Source of the DNA: an uncultured virus (IMG/VR IMGVR_UViG_3300005573_000079)
Lineage: Duplodnaviria > Heunggongvirae > Uroviricota > Caudoviricetes > Crassvirales
Reading direction: 5' to 3' (one strand)
IMG/VR virus record: IMGVR_UViG_3300005573_000079
DNA length: 64,000 nucleotides
The notes beneath the pieces were generated by a model. That model was not told the DNA's origin, ran no database searches, and was given only the letters and a program-made list of their open reading frames with translations. Shown here piece after piece: positions 27,293 to 36,664 of the stretch (position 1 is its first letter; the number at the start of each line of letters is the position of its first letter). A program made the translations under genes and the position numbers.

Positions 27293-27590
27293 ATCATAGT
27301 CACCACAACTATGATAAGTATCGTTTTGGGTCGTGGTCACCCTTTTGGCTATAATCCTTTATCCGGCGATACTGCCAGGATTATAGCCCTGAATTGCTTC
27401 CCCCTGGATGGTATGTAGAAGCAGCCATTTCGGGCCAATACCATCACTTTAAAGGAGGTGGAAGTTGAGCTAAGCTGAGCTCTATATATCCTGCCTAGCA
27501 GGATACTTCCACCCCCTTTATGGGGGAAAGCAAAAAAAAACCCATGCCACCTAATAGGTGGCTTATTTACCTGGCCAAGGGTGTGGCCAG
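27293..27590. ncRNA. candidate structured non-coding element (dense hairpin array)
   Basis: 7-16 bp stems at 27293/27315, 27347/27388, 27450/27520, 27546/27562, 27571/27590. Confidence 0.45.
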
Positions 27591-27602
27591 TGAGGAGCAG
27601 AG

Positions 27603-27872
27603 TTACTTCCAGTAACTCCGCAGCTTATCCCTTATGATGCGAAGCTCATCATAAGGGATAAAGGTGACTTCACGACCATCCTTGGTCGTGAAGTGAGCTA
27701 TCTTGGGGACATACCCCAAGATAACTAAGCTTACCTCAGCTACCACAACAGTGGTAGCTGATAAGCTTGCCAAATCCTCGGGGGTCAACTCTTGCCCCCT
27801 CGAGGAAGCCTTCGCATTAAAGGCTTCTTCGAAGATGGCAGGGTTGAACCCCCCTTTTTTCAGGTTAGACAT
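27603..27872 (-). CDS. hypothetical protein, first gene of leftward arm
   Basis: ATG at 27872 (MSNLKKGG); the ORF track starts at 27890. Confidence 0.5.
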   Translation of the reverse strand: MSNLKKGGFNPAIFEEAFNAKASSRGQELTPEDLASLSATTVVVAEVSLVILGYVPKIAHFTTKDGREVTFIPYDELRIIRDKLRSYWK

Positions 27873-27889
27873 GATAAACCAATTTGCCA

Positions 27890-28630
27890 AAGTACACGGG
27901 GGGTTTGAGAGAGGTGGTCCACCCTCTCAAGGTAGCATATTATCTTAGAGTAGTAAGGGGGGTTGAAAAAATTTTAAAAAAAATTTCAGGGGGGGGTAGG
28001 AAGGAATTTTGGTATGGGGTATAATGGAGGAAGAGGGGGTAAGGAAAAATTTTATAAAAAATTTTGAAGGAAGAATATTTCAGTGAGGTACAAATAATAA
28101 ACTTCTCATTATCAGTGGATTATTCTATAATGTAGTAGTATCAGGCATTTCCAGAAAATCATTGATTTGGTATGGTAAAGGAACATATGCCAAATTTTGC
28201 ATTTTAGTGGCTCAAATTTTAATTTTCTATCGAAGTGGATAGATAACTCAACTTTGAAAATAGCCTCTTAATTTGACCCCTCAGATTGCTTCTAATGCAA
28301 TTTTGGCATTTAGGGTTTTAAGAAAGTTTCTTTCCTTCTCCCCCACACCCCCTTATTCTATCTTCAAAGAAGTACAGGTTTTACTTACTACATTATTATA
28401 TATTATATTATTATATTATTATAATTATAATTCCAAGAACTGTGCCAGACTTCTCAAGTTACACACAATCAGATACATAACTTCAGGCATACTGATATAC
28501 AGATAGTTACAGGGTAGTATAATCACATGCAGCATTAATTTTTATAAATAATTTTTGGTGTGAGAAAATAAAATTATTTTGTACATTTGCTCATCATTTT
28601 GATGGTATTAGTCAGTACTAACAAATGCAT
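27890..28630. other. divergent-arm junction; candidate genome-end/packaging or origin region
   Basis: strand switch; hairpin TTGAGAGAGGTGG-TC-CCACCCTCTCAA; G-runs flanking repeated AAAATTTT-A-rich-AAATTT tracts; TA-rich low complexity. Confidence 0.5.
28582..28589 (+). promoter_or_regulatory. Bacteroidota-type -7 promoter element TAnnTTTG
   Basis: TACATTTG ~50 nt upstream of first plus-strand gene. Confidence 0.55.
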
Positions 28631-28638
28631 CACAATTT

Positions 28639-29016
28639 ATGGTTAGAGAAAGCTTAGATTTCAAGCTGTATTACTTGAAAAGGCTACTTGCTCTATACGT
28701 TCTTTTTACAAGAAAGTGGAACAAGGTTTCAGTAGAACAAACTGTTGGTGAGTTCAAGGGTAAGAAAGTACCCACTATCACCATTAAGTATTATGACCCT
28801 ACAGACCGCTGGTACTTACACTCAGATGATGAGAGGGCTTCTGAGTTTGAGATGAAAGAGTTTCCTCTGAGCCACCTTAGTAAGATAATTATACGCTACA
28901 AGAATAAGGTAGCAAATGAGTTTAAGAACAGGCATTCCAATACAGCCTTGAAGAAGAAATATCAGGCTGCTCGAGATACCAAAACTAATGTAACTATTGA
29001 TACAAAAAATGGATGA
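28639..29016 (+). CDS. hypothetical protein
   Basis: first ORF of rightward arm. Confidence 0.65.
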   Translation: MVRESLDFKLYYLKRLLALYVLFTRKWNKVSVEQTVGEFKGKKVPTITIKYYDPTDRWYLHSDDERASEFEMKEFPLSHLSKIIIRYKNKVANEFKNRHSNTALKKKYQAARDTKTNVTIDTKNG

Positions 29017-29194
29017 TAAACAAAGCATTCCTCTTTCTACAGAGGATATAGTAATGTTAGTGCGTGGCGAAAGACCTCCTCATATAGAATATGAGATGTA
29101 TAGAAAACTACGTACTGACTTACAGAAACAAACAAAGCATTACCTGAAAGGTAAGTTAGTTAAAATTCCTCAAAAGTCACGTTATGGCAAGTAA
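29009..29194 (+). CDS. hypothetical protein
   Basis: ATG at 29009, overlapping neighbours. Confidence 0.55.
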   Translation: MDDKQSIPLSTEDIVMLVRGERPPHIEYEMYRKLRTDLQKQTKHYLKGKLVKIPQKSRYGK

Positions 29195-29564
29195 AGTAAT
29201 CCAGGTAACTGTTGACTCGGAGTTTAAGAAGTATATGCTCATATTCAGAATATTAGGTTCTTTGGGAGTGAAGGGATTTAGCGATTCATCAGAGAGAGAA
29301 CTCCAGCTCTATGCTACTCTTCTTATCAAAAGGAATAAGCTTATAGCTGATGGAGTAAAGGATAATTCCCACATAGAAACTTTACTGTTTACACCACAGT
29401 CTCGTAAGGAGATATGTGAGATGCTTGGTATAAAGATTGGAGTATTCAACACATATTTGAGTAGAATAAGACAATCTGGACTTATTACAAACTATACGTT
29501 AAACTATCCAATTGGAACATTAGATGAGCTCACTATTAAATTTCAACATAAAGGTAACCTCTAA
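29184..29564 (+). CDS. winged-HTH-like protein
   Basis: RKEICEMLGIK...FNTYLSRIRQSGLI. Confidence 0.6.
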   Translation: MASKVIQVTVDSEFKKYMLIFRILGSLGVKGFSDSSERELQLYATLLIKRNKLIADGVKDNSHIETLLFTPQSRKEICEMLGIKIGVFNTYLSRIRQSGLITNYTLNYPIGTLDELTIKFQHKGNL

Positions 29565-29745
29565 GATTTACTTACAACATGGAGAAAACCCTGCTGAAGT
29601 TATGCAACATCTCTATACAGCATTGGCATCTTCGGGGAAGCCCTTTACATTGAAGTTGGTGAGCCATCCATTAAGTATTATTGTTGAAGAATATAAAAAC
29701 TCTAATTTCATATGGTTGGAAGAAAAATCACTCAGTATGAATTAA
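29524..29745 (+). CDS. hypothetical protein
   Basis: fills gap, overlapping neighbours. Confidence 0.45.
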   Translation: MSSLLNFNIKVTSKIYLQHGENPAEVMQHLYTALASSGKPFTLKLVSHPLSIIVEEYKNSNFIWLEEKSLSMN

Positions 29746-30650
29746 ATGGAACACCTGTATATACATATAACTCAATAACTGATGCAGCAAAAACTATGGG
29801 TGTTGATGAGTCTGCCATAAGAGCTGCAGTTAAGTATGGTAGGCAATCCTGTGGATACCTCTGGAGAGCAGAGGAAGAGACTAAGCCTAAAATCCTGTTC
29901 ATTGATATAGAGACTGCACCAAATAAAGCTTATGTATGGAAGCTATGGAAAGAAAACATAGGCACAGAGCAACTTATTGATGCATGGTTTATGCTGGCAT
30001 TCTGTGCTAAGTGGAATGATGCTTCAAACTTTATTACTGCAGTACTATCCACAGAGGAAGTATTAAGAGAAGATGATTCAAGGATTATACGGAGATTACA
30101 AGCACTACTTGATAAAGCTGATGCTGTTGTATCCTATAATGGAGATAAGTTTGACTTGAGACATATTAATACACGAATAGTCAAGTATGGTATAAGTAAA
30201 CCAGCTCAGTACAAGTCAGTTGATTTGATTAAGACAGCCAGACGTAAATTTGCCTTCCCAGGCAATAGTTTAAACGCTCTGGCTAATTATTTTAATATAG
30301 ATGGTAAAATACATGTAGACTTCTCTCTGTGGAAAAGATGTATGGAAGGAGATGCTTCTGCACTATCTGAGCTAGCTACATACAATAAGCGTGATGTACT
30401 CATCCTTGAAAAGCTGTATTATATACTAAGGCCTTATGTGATTGGGCATCACAACACAGGACTCTATGAGAACTATGATACTGAATATGTATGTCCCTAT
30501 TGTGGAAGTACTCAGGTTACTCCTATTACAGATAAGCAATATACTACAGTAGCATATGCTTATGCTATGTTCAGATGCCAGAGTTGTGGTGCTATAAGCA
30601 GGTCAAGAAATAATAGCTCAGGAAGGAAAGTAAAACTCTTACCACTATGA
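29712..30650 (+). CDS. RNase H-fold DEDD 3'-5' exonuclease with N-terminal NUMOD1-like HTH and C-terminal Zn ribbon
   Basis: QYELNG..YNSITDAAK..GYLW; DIET, YNGDKFD, YN..D; CPYC...CQSC. Confidence 0.8.
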   Translation: MVGRKITQYELNGTPVYTYNSITDAAKTMGVDESAIRAAVKYGRQSCGYLWRAEEETKPKILFIDIETAPNKAYVWKLWKENIGTEQLIDAWFMLAFCAKWNDASNFITAVLSTEEVLREDDSRIIRRLQALLDKADAVVSYNGDKFDLRHINTRIVKYGISKPAQYKSVDLIKTARRKFAFPGNSLNALANYFNIDGKIHVDFSLWKRCMEGDASALSELATYNKRDVLILEKLYYILRPYVIGHHNTGLYENYDTEYVCPYCGSTQVTPITDKQYTTVAYAYAMFRCQSCGAISRSRNNSSGRKVKLLPL

Positions 30651-30958
30651 ATACAGTAAATACCAAGCAGATAATTACAGAGCTTGCTGAGAAGTATGGT
30701 ATAAGTAAGGACCAGGTAAGGGATGTGATAGTAGGTACATTCCGTGCTGTGAGGTATTATATGGGTAGTGCTCCTGATAGGGATAAACTTTATTTCCCTA
30801 CTATCAGGGTAAAGGGATTAGGCTCTTTTGCCTGTCCTGATGATATGAAGTATGTGCTTGATAAGATAGTAAATAAGAGAAGAAAAGAAAAAGAAAGGAG
30901 GCTTCATGAAGCTCAAACTATTCGACTTGAAGGAGAAGCAGGTAATTATAGCTCCTGA
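30647..30958 (+). CDS. HU/IHF-like DNA-binding protein
   Basis: IITELAEKYGISK...IRVKGLGSF. Confidence 0.7.
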   Translation: MNTVNTKQIITELAEKYGISKDQVRDVIVGTFRAVRYYMGSAPDRDKLYFPTIRVKGLGSFACPDDMKYVLDKIVNKRRKEKERRLHEAQTIRLEGEAGNYSS

Positions 30959-31484
30959 AGCTCTGCTGATAAAGGAGTTTAAGGCTCTGTGGGATAGAGA
31001 TAAGACCAGGTCTAAAGAGAAGGCCATTGAAGACCTGGCTTATGTATTCTACATAGCAGATATTAGCTCTCCTTATCGAAACTATGATGAAGAGGTACGT
31101 AGTGAGAAGGTAAAGGAAAGTGTAATATCTCAACCTGACTGGAAGGAAGATGATGCTATCAAAAAGGCCATTAGCAAGTATAAGGAGATTCATAAAACTT
31201 ACTCTATGGGTCTTCTTGAAGATGTAGAGTATGGACTGTTTAAGATAAGGCAATACTTTAGAAATGCAGCAGAAGGACTTGCTGATGATACAGCAGGTAA
31301 GGTTACTGAACAGTACCTGTCCAATGTAGAAAAGGTTCAGAAGATGCTTACTGCAATAAAGAACCTTAAGGACATTGTGGATAAGGAAATGGTTGAGAAT
31401 GCACGTATCAGAGGAGGAGGTACAATTAATCCAAGAGAAGTGCCAAAGAGTAAAAGAGATAAATATACTAAACGTAGTGTATAA
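30906..31484 (+). CDS. conserved crAss-like protein upstream of TerL (possible small terminase)
   Basis: position; RDKTRSK..A...L.YVFY..D..SPY. Confidence 0.55.
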   Translation: MKLKLFDLKEKQVIIAPEALLIKEFKALWDRDKTRSKEKAIEDLAYVFYIADISSPYRNYDEEVRSEKVKESVISQPDWKEDDAIKKAISKYKEIHKTYSMGLLEDVEYGLFKIRQYFRNAAEGLADDTAGKVTEQYLSNVEKVQKMLTAIKNLKDIVDKEMVENARIRGGGTINPREVPKSKRDKYTKRSV

Positions 31485-31894
31485 TGACAAAGGTGTTTTA
31501 TCATCATCTGGATTTGTATAAGTTTTTATTTATTGTAGGTATTACATCTGAAGATTTCTTTGATGGTATATTTCATAAGTTGCATGTAGAACCTATTGAT
31601 ACATCTGATATTGCAAGTGCTGTTACTGTGCTTGTGAATATACCGGAAGGAGAATATAACAGAAAGGCTATAGTATGTGCCTTTTGCATATCAGACGTAA
31701 TGAAGAATCCACTTACTCCTGGTATTGTAGCACACGAAGCTTTTCATGCTGCTGCAGCTATATTTGATGATGTAGGTGAGCTTGTTGTAAAAAAAGACTT
31801 TCAGGAACCCTGGGCTTATCTAATAGGCTATTTAGTTGAACTCATATATAAAGATATTGGTAAATATGTCAAAACTTGTAAAGATATCAGATGA
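31484..31894 (+). CDS. zincin-like metallopeptidase
   Basis: AHEAFH (HExxH) plus downstream E..AY. Confidence 0.65.
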   Translation: MTKVFYHHLDLYKFLFIVGITSEDFFDGIFHKLHVEPIDTSDIASAVTVLVNIPEGEYNRKAIVCAFCISDVMKNPLTPGIVAHEAFHAAAAIFDDVGELVVKKDFQEPWAYLIGYLVELIYKDIGKYVKTCKDIR

Positions 31895-34049
31895 TATTGT
31901 TGTAGCAAAACCCTGGTCTGAGTTTGGTGTTACAGACAATCCTGTAAGAAATACAGACCAGCAATATCTTAAGTTCATTAACCCTTATGTATTTAATGAA
32001 GAGGCAAGGCATTTCCTCAGGTATGGATATTATATAGATGCACCAAAAGGTACAAGAGATTATGATGAATACTGGGATGAACAGGAGAAGAGAATACTTG
32101 AAGGGTATTCTGTTGGTGGAGTAAGAATACCAGGCAGATTATACTATTACCTTAACTTTGGTATGATTAAAGCACGCCCTGTTGACCCACTTACACATAA
32201 AGAGAGTAGTACAAGAAAGATACTTACCTTTCCTAAGTTTCTTGACCATATCTACTATCTTTCTAATGAAGTAGAAAAGTCCTTTGCAGAGGGTCCTTAT
32301 ACAGACATACCAAAGCAGGGTATGATAATAGCTAAATCCAGGCGTAAGGGTATAACCTTTTTCACTGCTAATGGTATATTCAGTTATAACTTTAATTTCC
32401 TTCCTGCATCTAATAATATTCTTGCTGCCTATGAGAAGCAACATTACAAGGCCACTCTTGATGCTATACACTTCACACTCAATCATGTAAATAAGTATAC
32501 AGCTTTTGCCAAGAGAAGGGATAAGCTGGACAAGAGAGACCACTTCAGGGCAAGCTTTATCTATGTCAACGAGGAAGGTATTGAGATAGAAGAAGGATAT
32601 ATGAGTGAGATACAGGCCGTATCTTATAAGGATAATCCCTTCAAGAACATTGGTGAGTCTGTTGATGTGATAGGAGTTGAAGAAGCTGGTAGATTCAGAG
32701 AACTACTTGAAGCTTATGCTATCTTTGAGCCTACTATACGTGATGGAGATATAATGACAGGAGTACCCTTTATCTATGGTACAGGTGGTGATATGGAAGA
32801 TGGCACTCAGGACTTTGCTGAGATGTTTTATAATCCTGCGCCTTATGGACTTAGAGCATACCAGAATATATATGATGAGAATGCTGTAGGGGATTGTGGT
32901 TGGTTCATAGATGATATGTGGTATTATCCAGGTACTTATGTTAAGAAAGTAACTATCTCACTACCTGATGGAACAAAGCAAGAGAAGGAAGAATTATATG
33001 AGGCTGTAGATTTAGAAGGTAATAGTATAAGAGATATTGCAGAGAAGTTACTTGATGAAAAGGCAGAGTTAAGGAAGAAAACAAGCAGACAGGCATACCT
33101 TAAGTTCTTAACTCAGCAGCCTAAGACTCCTGCACAGGCATTCTTGCGTGTATCTGGTAATGTATTTGATGCAGCAAGATGTAATGCCAGGCTAGGAGAG
33201 ATAATGGCTAATCCTAATAAGTATCTGTCAAGTATCTATAGAGCTGCTCTTGAAATAGATGTATCTACAGGTGGAGTAAAGTTTACACATGATACTGTCA
33301 ATCAACCTATCTATGACTTTCCTATCAGAGATAATAAGAATAAGCCTGGATGTATTGAGATATATGAACATCCTGTATTGGGACAGGATGGTAAGCCTAT
33401 CTCTGGTAGATACATAGCAGGTATAGATAGCTATGACAAGGATGTATCCTCAACAGTATCACTTGGTTCACTGCTTGTCCTTGATACTTATACAGACAGG
33501 ATTGTATGTCACTACAAGGGTAGACCTCCTTCTAATGTATTCTATGAGAACTGCAGGAGAATACTTAAATATTATGGTGCTGTGGCTAACTATGAACGCT
33601 CTAACCTTGGTATTTACACTTACTTCTATAATCACAATTCTCTGCACTTGTTAGCGGATGAGCCTGAAATATTAAGTGAGAAAGGACTATCTACAGGTAA
33701 TCTTATAGGTAATAATAAAAAGGGTACTGCACCGAGTGAGAAGGTGAATGCTTTAGGAATAGAGCTTGCTATGCACTGGCTATCCAGGCCAGCATATGGA
33801 TATGACCAGGAGAGTGAAGTAACAAACTATGATATACTTCGCTCTGTACCTTTACTTAAAGAGTTAGCTGCATGGAATGACAAAGGTAACTTTGATGATG
33901 TATCAGCACTTGGTATGTTGATGATATACAGAGAAGATAAGGTAAAGACTATAACTAAACTTGTTAAGAATGTCAAGACTATAAGAGATGACCCCTTCTG
34001 GTCAAGGCATGTAGGCAAGGTTGTGTATAGTCAATATGTTATAGATTAA
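31866..34049 (+). CDS. terL: terminase large subunit
   Basis: KSRRKG.T Walker A, EEAG Walker B, GTGG, nuclease GIDSYD and NFDDVSA; precedes portal. Confidence 0.92.
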   Translation: MSKLVKISDDIVVAKPWSEFGVTDNPVRNTDQQYLKFINPYVFNEEARHFLRYGYYIDAPKGTRDYDEYWDEQEKRILEGYSVGGVRIPGRLYYYLNFGMIKARPVDPLTHKESSTRKILTFPKFLDHIYYLSNEVEKSFAEGPYTDIPKQGMIIAKSRRKGITFFTANGIFSYNFNFLPASNNILAAYEKQHYKATLDAIHFTLNHVNKYTAFAKRRDKLDKRDHFRASFIYVNEEGIEIEEGYMSEIQAVSYKDNPFKNIGESVDVIGVEEAGRFRELLEAYAIFEPTIRDGDIMTGVPFIYGTGGDMEDGTQDFAEMFYNPAPYGLRAYQNIYDENAVGDCGWFIDDMWYYPGTYVKKVTISLPDGTKQEKEELYEAVDLEGNSIRDIAEKLLDEKAELRKKTSRQAYLKFLTQQPKTPAQAFLRVSGNVFDAARCNARLGEIMANPNKYLSSIYRAALEIDVSTGGVKFTHDTVNQPIYDFPIRDNKNKPGCIEIYEHPVLGQDGKPISGRYIAGIDSYDKDVSSTVSLGSLLVLDTYTDRIVCHYKGRPPSNVFYENCRRILKYYGAVANYERSNLGIYTYFYNHNSLHLLADEPEILSEKGLSTGNLIGNNKKGTAPSEKVNALGIELAMHWLSRPAYGYDQESEVTNYDILRSVPLLKELAAWNDKGNFDDVSALGMLMIYREDKVKTITKLVKNVKTIRDDPFWSRHVGKVVYSQYVID

Positions 34050-34072
34050 TTAGATACTATACGAAAAGTTTA

Positions 34073-34110
34073 TATCTTTGTTATGTATGTTTAAAATTTT
34101 AGTATCTTTG
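34073..34110 (+). promoter_or_regulatory. tandem TAnnTTTG promoter elements before portal
   Basis: TATCTTTG at 34073 and 34103. Confidence 0.55.
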
Positions 34111-34138
34111 TCACACATATTATTATTTGTTGAACATT

Positions 34139-36661
34139 ATGGCTAAAACACCTGCAATAATTAGTCCAAACAATACCAGTCTTACATACTTTCCTTCACA
34201 GAAGAGAAAGGATGCAGAAAAGACTACAGACTTCTTCAAGCAATGTATAGATGCTGGAGCATCTCTTGTAACCTATGGTGGGCTATATAATAGTTCAGGA
34301 GTGAGAAGCACAAAGAGAGAAAAGCTTATTAACTATAATCTTGTCAATGGTATAATTGAAAAAGCTGAGATTGAGAGAATAACCAACCCACTGAGACTAC
34401 AGGATGTATACTTTCCTACTGTATATAGAAACTACCCTATCCTGAGTGATAACATTCAGCTACTTTGCGGAGAGGAAAGAAACAGGTTGATAGTACCTCA
34501 TGTCACTGTGATTAATAGTGATATAGTTAATCAGAAGCTTGAGAAGGTAAATCAGGAGTTCATGCAATATCTTTTTCAGACTTTACAGAAAGAAGCTTAT
34601 GATGAGGAAAAAGTTAAGAAAGATATTCAGGATATAGTACAATGGAGTAAATCCAGATATCTTGACAGAAGAGAAAAGATGGCTCAGGATACTCTGGACT
34701 ATCTATTTAGAACTCAGATGTTACGGGAAGAGTTTAGTCGTGGATTTAAAGACTTGCTCATAGTAGCAGAAGAGATTTATATTATTGATGTTATTGGTGG
34801 TGAGCCTATCCTTAGGAAGGCTAATCCCAATAGCATATTTACACTACGTAGTGGAGATTCCTGGAAGATTGAAGATTCAGATATTATCGTTGAAGAAAGT
34901 TACCTACCTATAGGTGAAGTTATTGATAGATACTATGAGTATCTAACTCCTCAGCAGATTAAGCAGATAGAAGAGGGGCAGAAGCTCACTGCAGGACTTG
35001 TAGCTAGCCTGAGCATGGGTAAGTCCACAGATGTTAATCTTGATGCTTATGTACAGCAGATGGGACTTGGTAATCTTGTTACAGCTACAGCAAGTAATAC
35101 AGGAGTATTCAGTGGTAACTATGATGCACAGGGTAATATTCGAGTTATACGTACTGTATGGAAAGGTATGAGACAGATAGGTGTGCTTGAGTATTTTGAT
35201 GAAGCAGGGGATAGACTTAAAAAGCTTGTTCCTGAAGGATATCCCGTCAGAGAAGAACTTGGTGAGGTAGTTACCTGGTATTGGGTTAGTGAATGGTATG
35301 AAGGTACAAAGATTGGCAGTGACATATACATTAAGATGCAGCCTTGTGATATTCAGATGAGACATATGGATAATATATCCAGGTCTTCCCCAGGTATTGT
35401 AGGTACCATAATGAATACCAATGCATCTAAGGCACGTTCACTGGTTGATATGGGTAAAGACTATCAATATCTATTCAATGCCTTTATGCATAAGTTACTT
35501 GACTTGTTCATTAAGTCTAAAGGAAGAATAGGTAAGCTCCCTCTTCATCTGATGCCTCCAGGATGGAATATGGATAAGATTATGTACTATGCAGAATATC
35601 TTGGGTGGCTACCTATAGATGCTTTTAATGAAGGTAATGTAGGTGCAGCTACAGGTAAGCTTGCTGGCACTATGAATGAGAGTTCCTCTGTTATTGACCT
35701 GTCGTTTGCTCAGGAGATAAGTCAGACATTTGTTATCCTTGACTTCATAAAGAGACAGCTTGATAATCTATGTGGTATAACACCACAGAGAAGAGGAGCA
35801 ATAGATAACAGAGAAACTGTTGGTGGGGTAGAGAGGTCTATTGTTCAATCTTCTCTCTCTACAGAAGAGTGGTTCTCTGTGCATGAGAATACCATATCAA
35901 GAGCTTTGAGAGCTTTACTTGAAGCTGCTAAGGTAGCATGGAAAGATAAGTCATTCAAACGTCAGTATGCTCTTGATGATGGTTCTATGGCAATACTTGA
36001 TTTTGATTGGGAGATGTTTGTAGAGAGTGAGTATGGTGTAGATGTATCTGGTTCTTCTTCAGACTCTCTTATGCTCAGGACCATGCAATCTATGGTGCCT
36101 CAGCTTATTAATAAAGGCGCTCCTCTATCACTTATACTTGACCTTTATAGGACTAAGAATCCTGCTGCTCTGCAGAAGAAGATTGAAGAGTATGAAGCTA
36201 GAGTAGAGGCAGCTCAGCAGCAAGAGATGCAGCTTAGGAAGCAAGAGCTTGATGACGCGATGGCTCGCCAGCAAGCTATGTTACAGCAAGAGCTTGATAT
36301 TAAGAATAGAGAGCTTGACCTTGAACAATACAAAATTGATATGCAGGCTCAGATAGACCTTGAGATAGCAGCTATGCAAGCAAATAAAGATTATGCTATA
36401 TCTGAAGGTAAGAAGGGCATAAATGATGAGATAAAGAAGCAAGAGATTATCAACAAGGAGTTTAGAGATAGGCAAGCAGCTTTACGTGCTGAAAGAGAGC
36501 AGGCAATCAAACTTCAAATTGAAGCAAGGAAGTTACAGCTTAAAGCTGATGAGATAGCAGCAAAAGAAAGACTACAAAGAATGAAGGATGATGCTGCTAT
36601 GCAGAGGGAAAGGTTAAAAGCTGAAACTGCTTTAAAGAATAAAGTATCAGGAGAGAAATAA
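34139..36661 (+). CDS. portal protein (crAss type)
   Basis: ~840 aa after TerL; GITPQRRG.I..RE.VG.VER; coiled-coil C-terminus. Confidence 0.9.
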   Translation: MAKTPAIISPNNTSLTYFPSQKRKDAEKTTDFFKQCIDAGASLVTYGGLYNSSGVRSTKREKLINYNLVNGIIEKAEIERITNPLRLQDVYFPTVYRNYPILSDNIQLLCGEERNRLIVPHVTVINSDIVNQKLEKVNQEFMQYLFQTLQKEAYDEEKVKKDIQDIVQWSKSRYLDRREKMAQDTLDYLFRTQMLREEFSRGFKDLLIVAEEIYIIDVIGGEPILRKANPNSIFTLRSGDSWKIEDSDIIVEESYLPIGEVIDRYYEYLTPQQIKQIEEGQKLTAGLVASLSMGKSTDVNLDAYVQQMGLGNLVTATASNTGVFSGNYDAQGNIRVIRTVWKGMRQIGVLEYFDEAGDRLKKLVPEGYPVREELGEVVTWYWVSEWYEGTKIGSDIYIKMQPCDIQMRHMDNISRSSPGIVGTIMNTNASKARSLVDMGKDYQYLFNAFMHKLLDLFIKSKGRIGKLPLHLMPPGWNMDKIMYYAEYLGWLPIDAFNEGNVGAATGKLAGTMNESSSVIDLSFAQEISQTFVILDFIKRQLDNLCGITPQRRGAIDNRETVGGVERSIVQSSLSTEEWFSVHENTISRALRALLEAAKVAWKDKSFKRQYALDDGSMAILDFDWEMFVESEYGVDVSGSSSDSLMLRTMQSMVPQLINKGAPLSLILDLYRTKNPAALQKKIEEYEARVEAAQQQEMQLRKQELDDAMARQQAMLQQELDIKNRELDLEQYKIDMQAQIDLEIAAMQANKDYAISEGKKGINDEIKKQEIINKEFRDRQAALRAEREQAIKLQIEARKLQLKADEIAAKERLQRMKDDAAMQRERLKAETALKNKVSGEK

Positions 36662-36664
36662 GCT

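Noticed and set aside
26657..27590. tRNA, hammerhead or HDV-like ribozyme
   Set aside because: No T-loop GTTCRA cloverleaf or CUGANGA/GAAA core recognised; kept only as an unassigned structure
28273..28506. 77-aa ORF in the junction region
   Set aside because: TTG start, runs through TA low-complexity sequence, lies upstream of the likely promoter
19029..34049. Introns or inteins in polA and terL
   Set aside because: Both ORFs are continuous, of ordinary length, and lack intein or homing-endonuclease motifs
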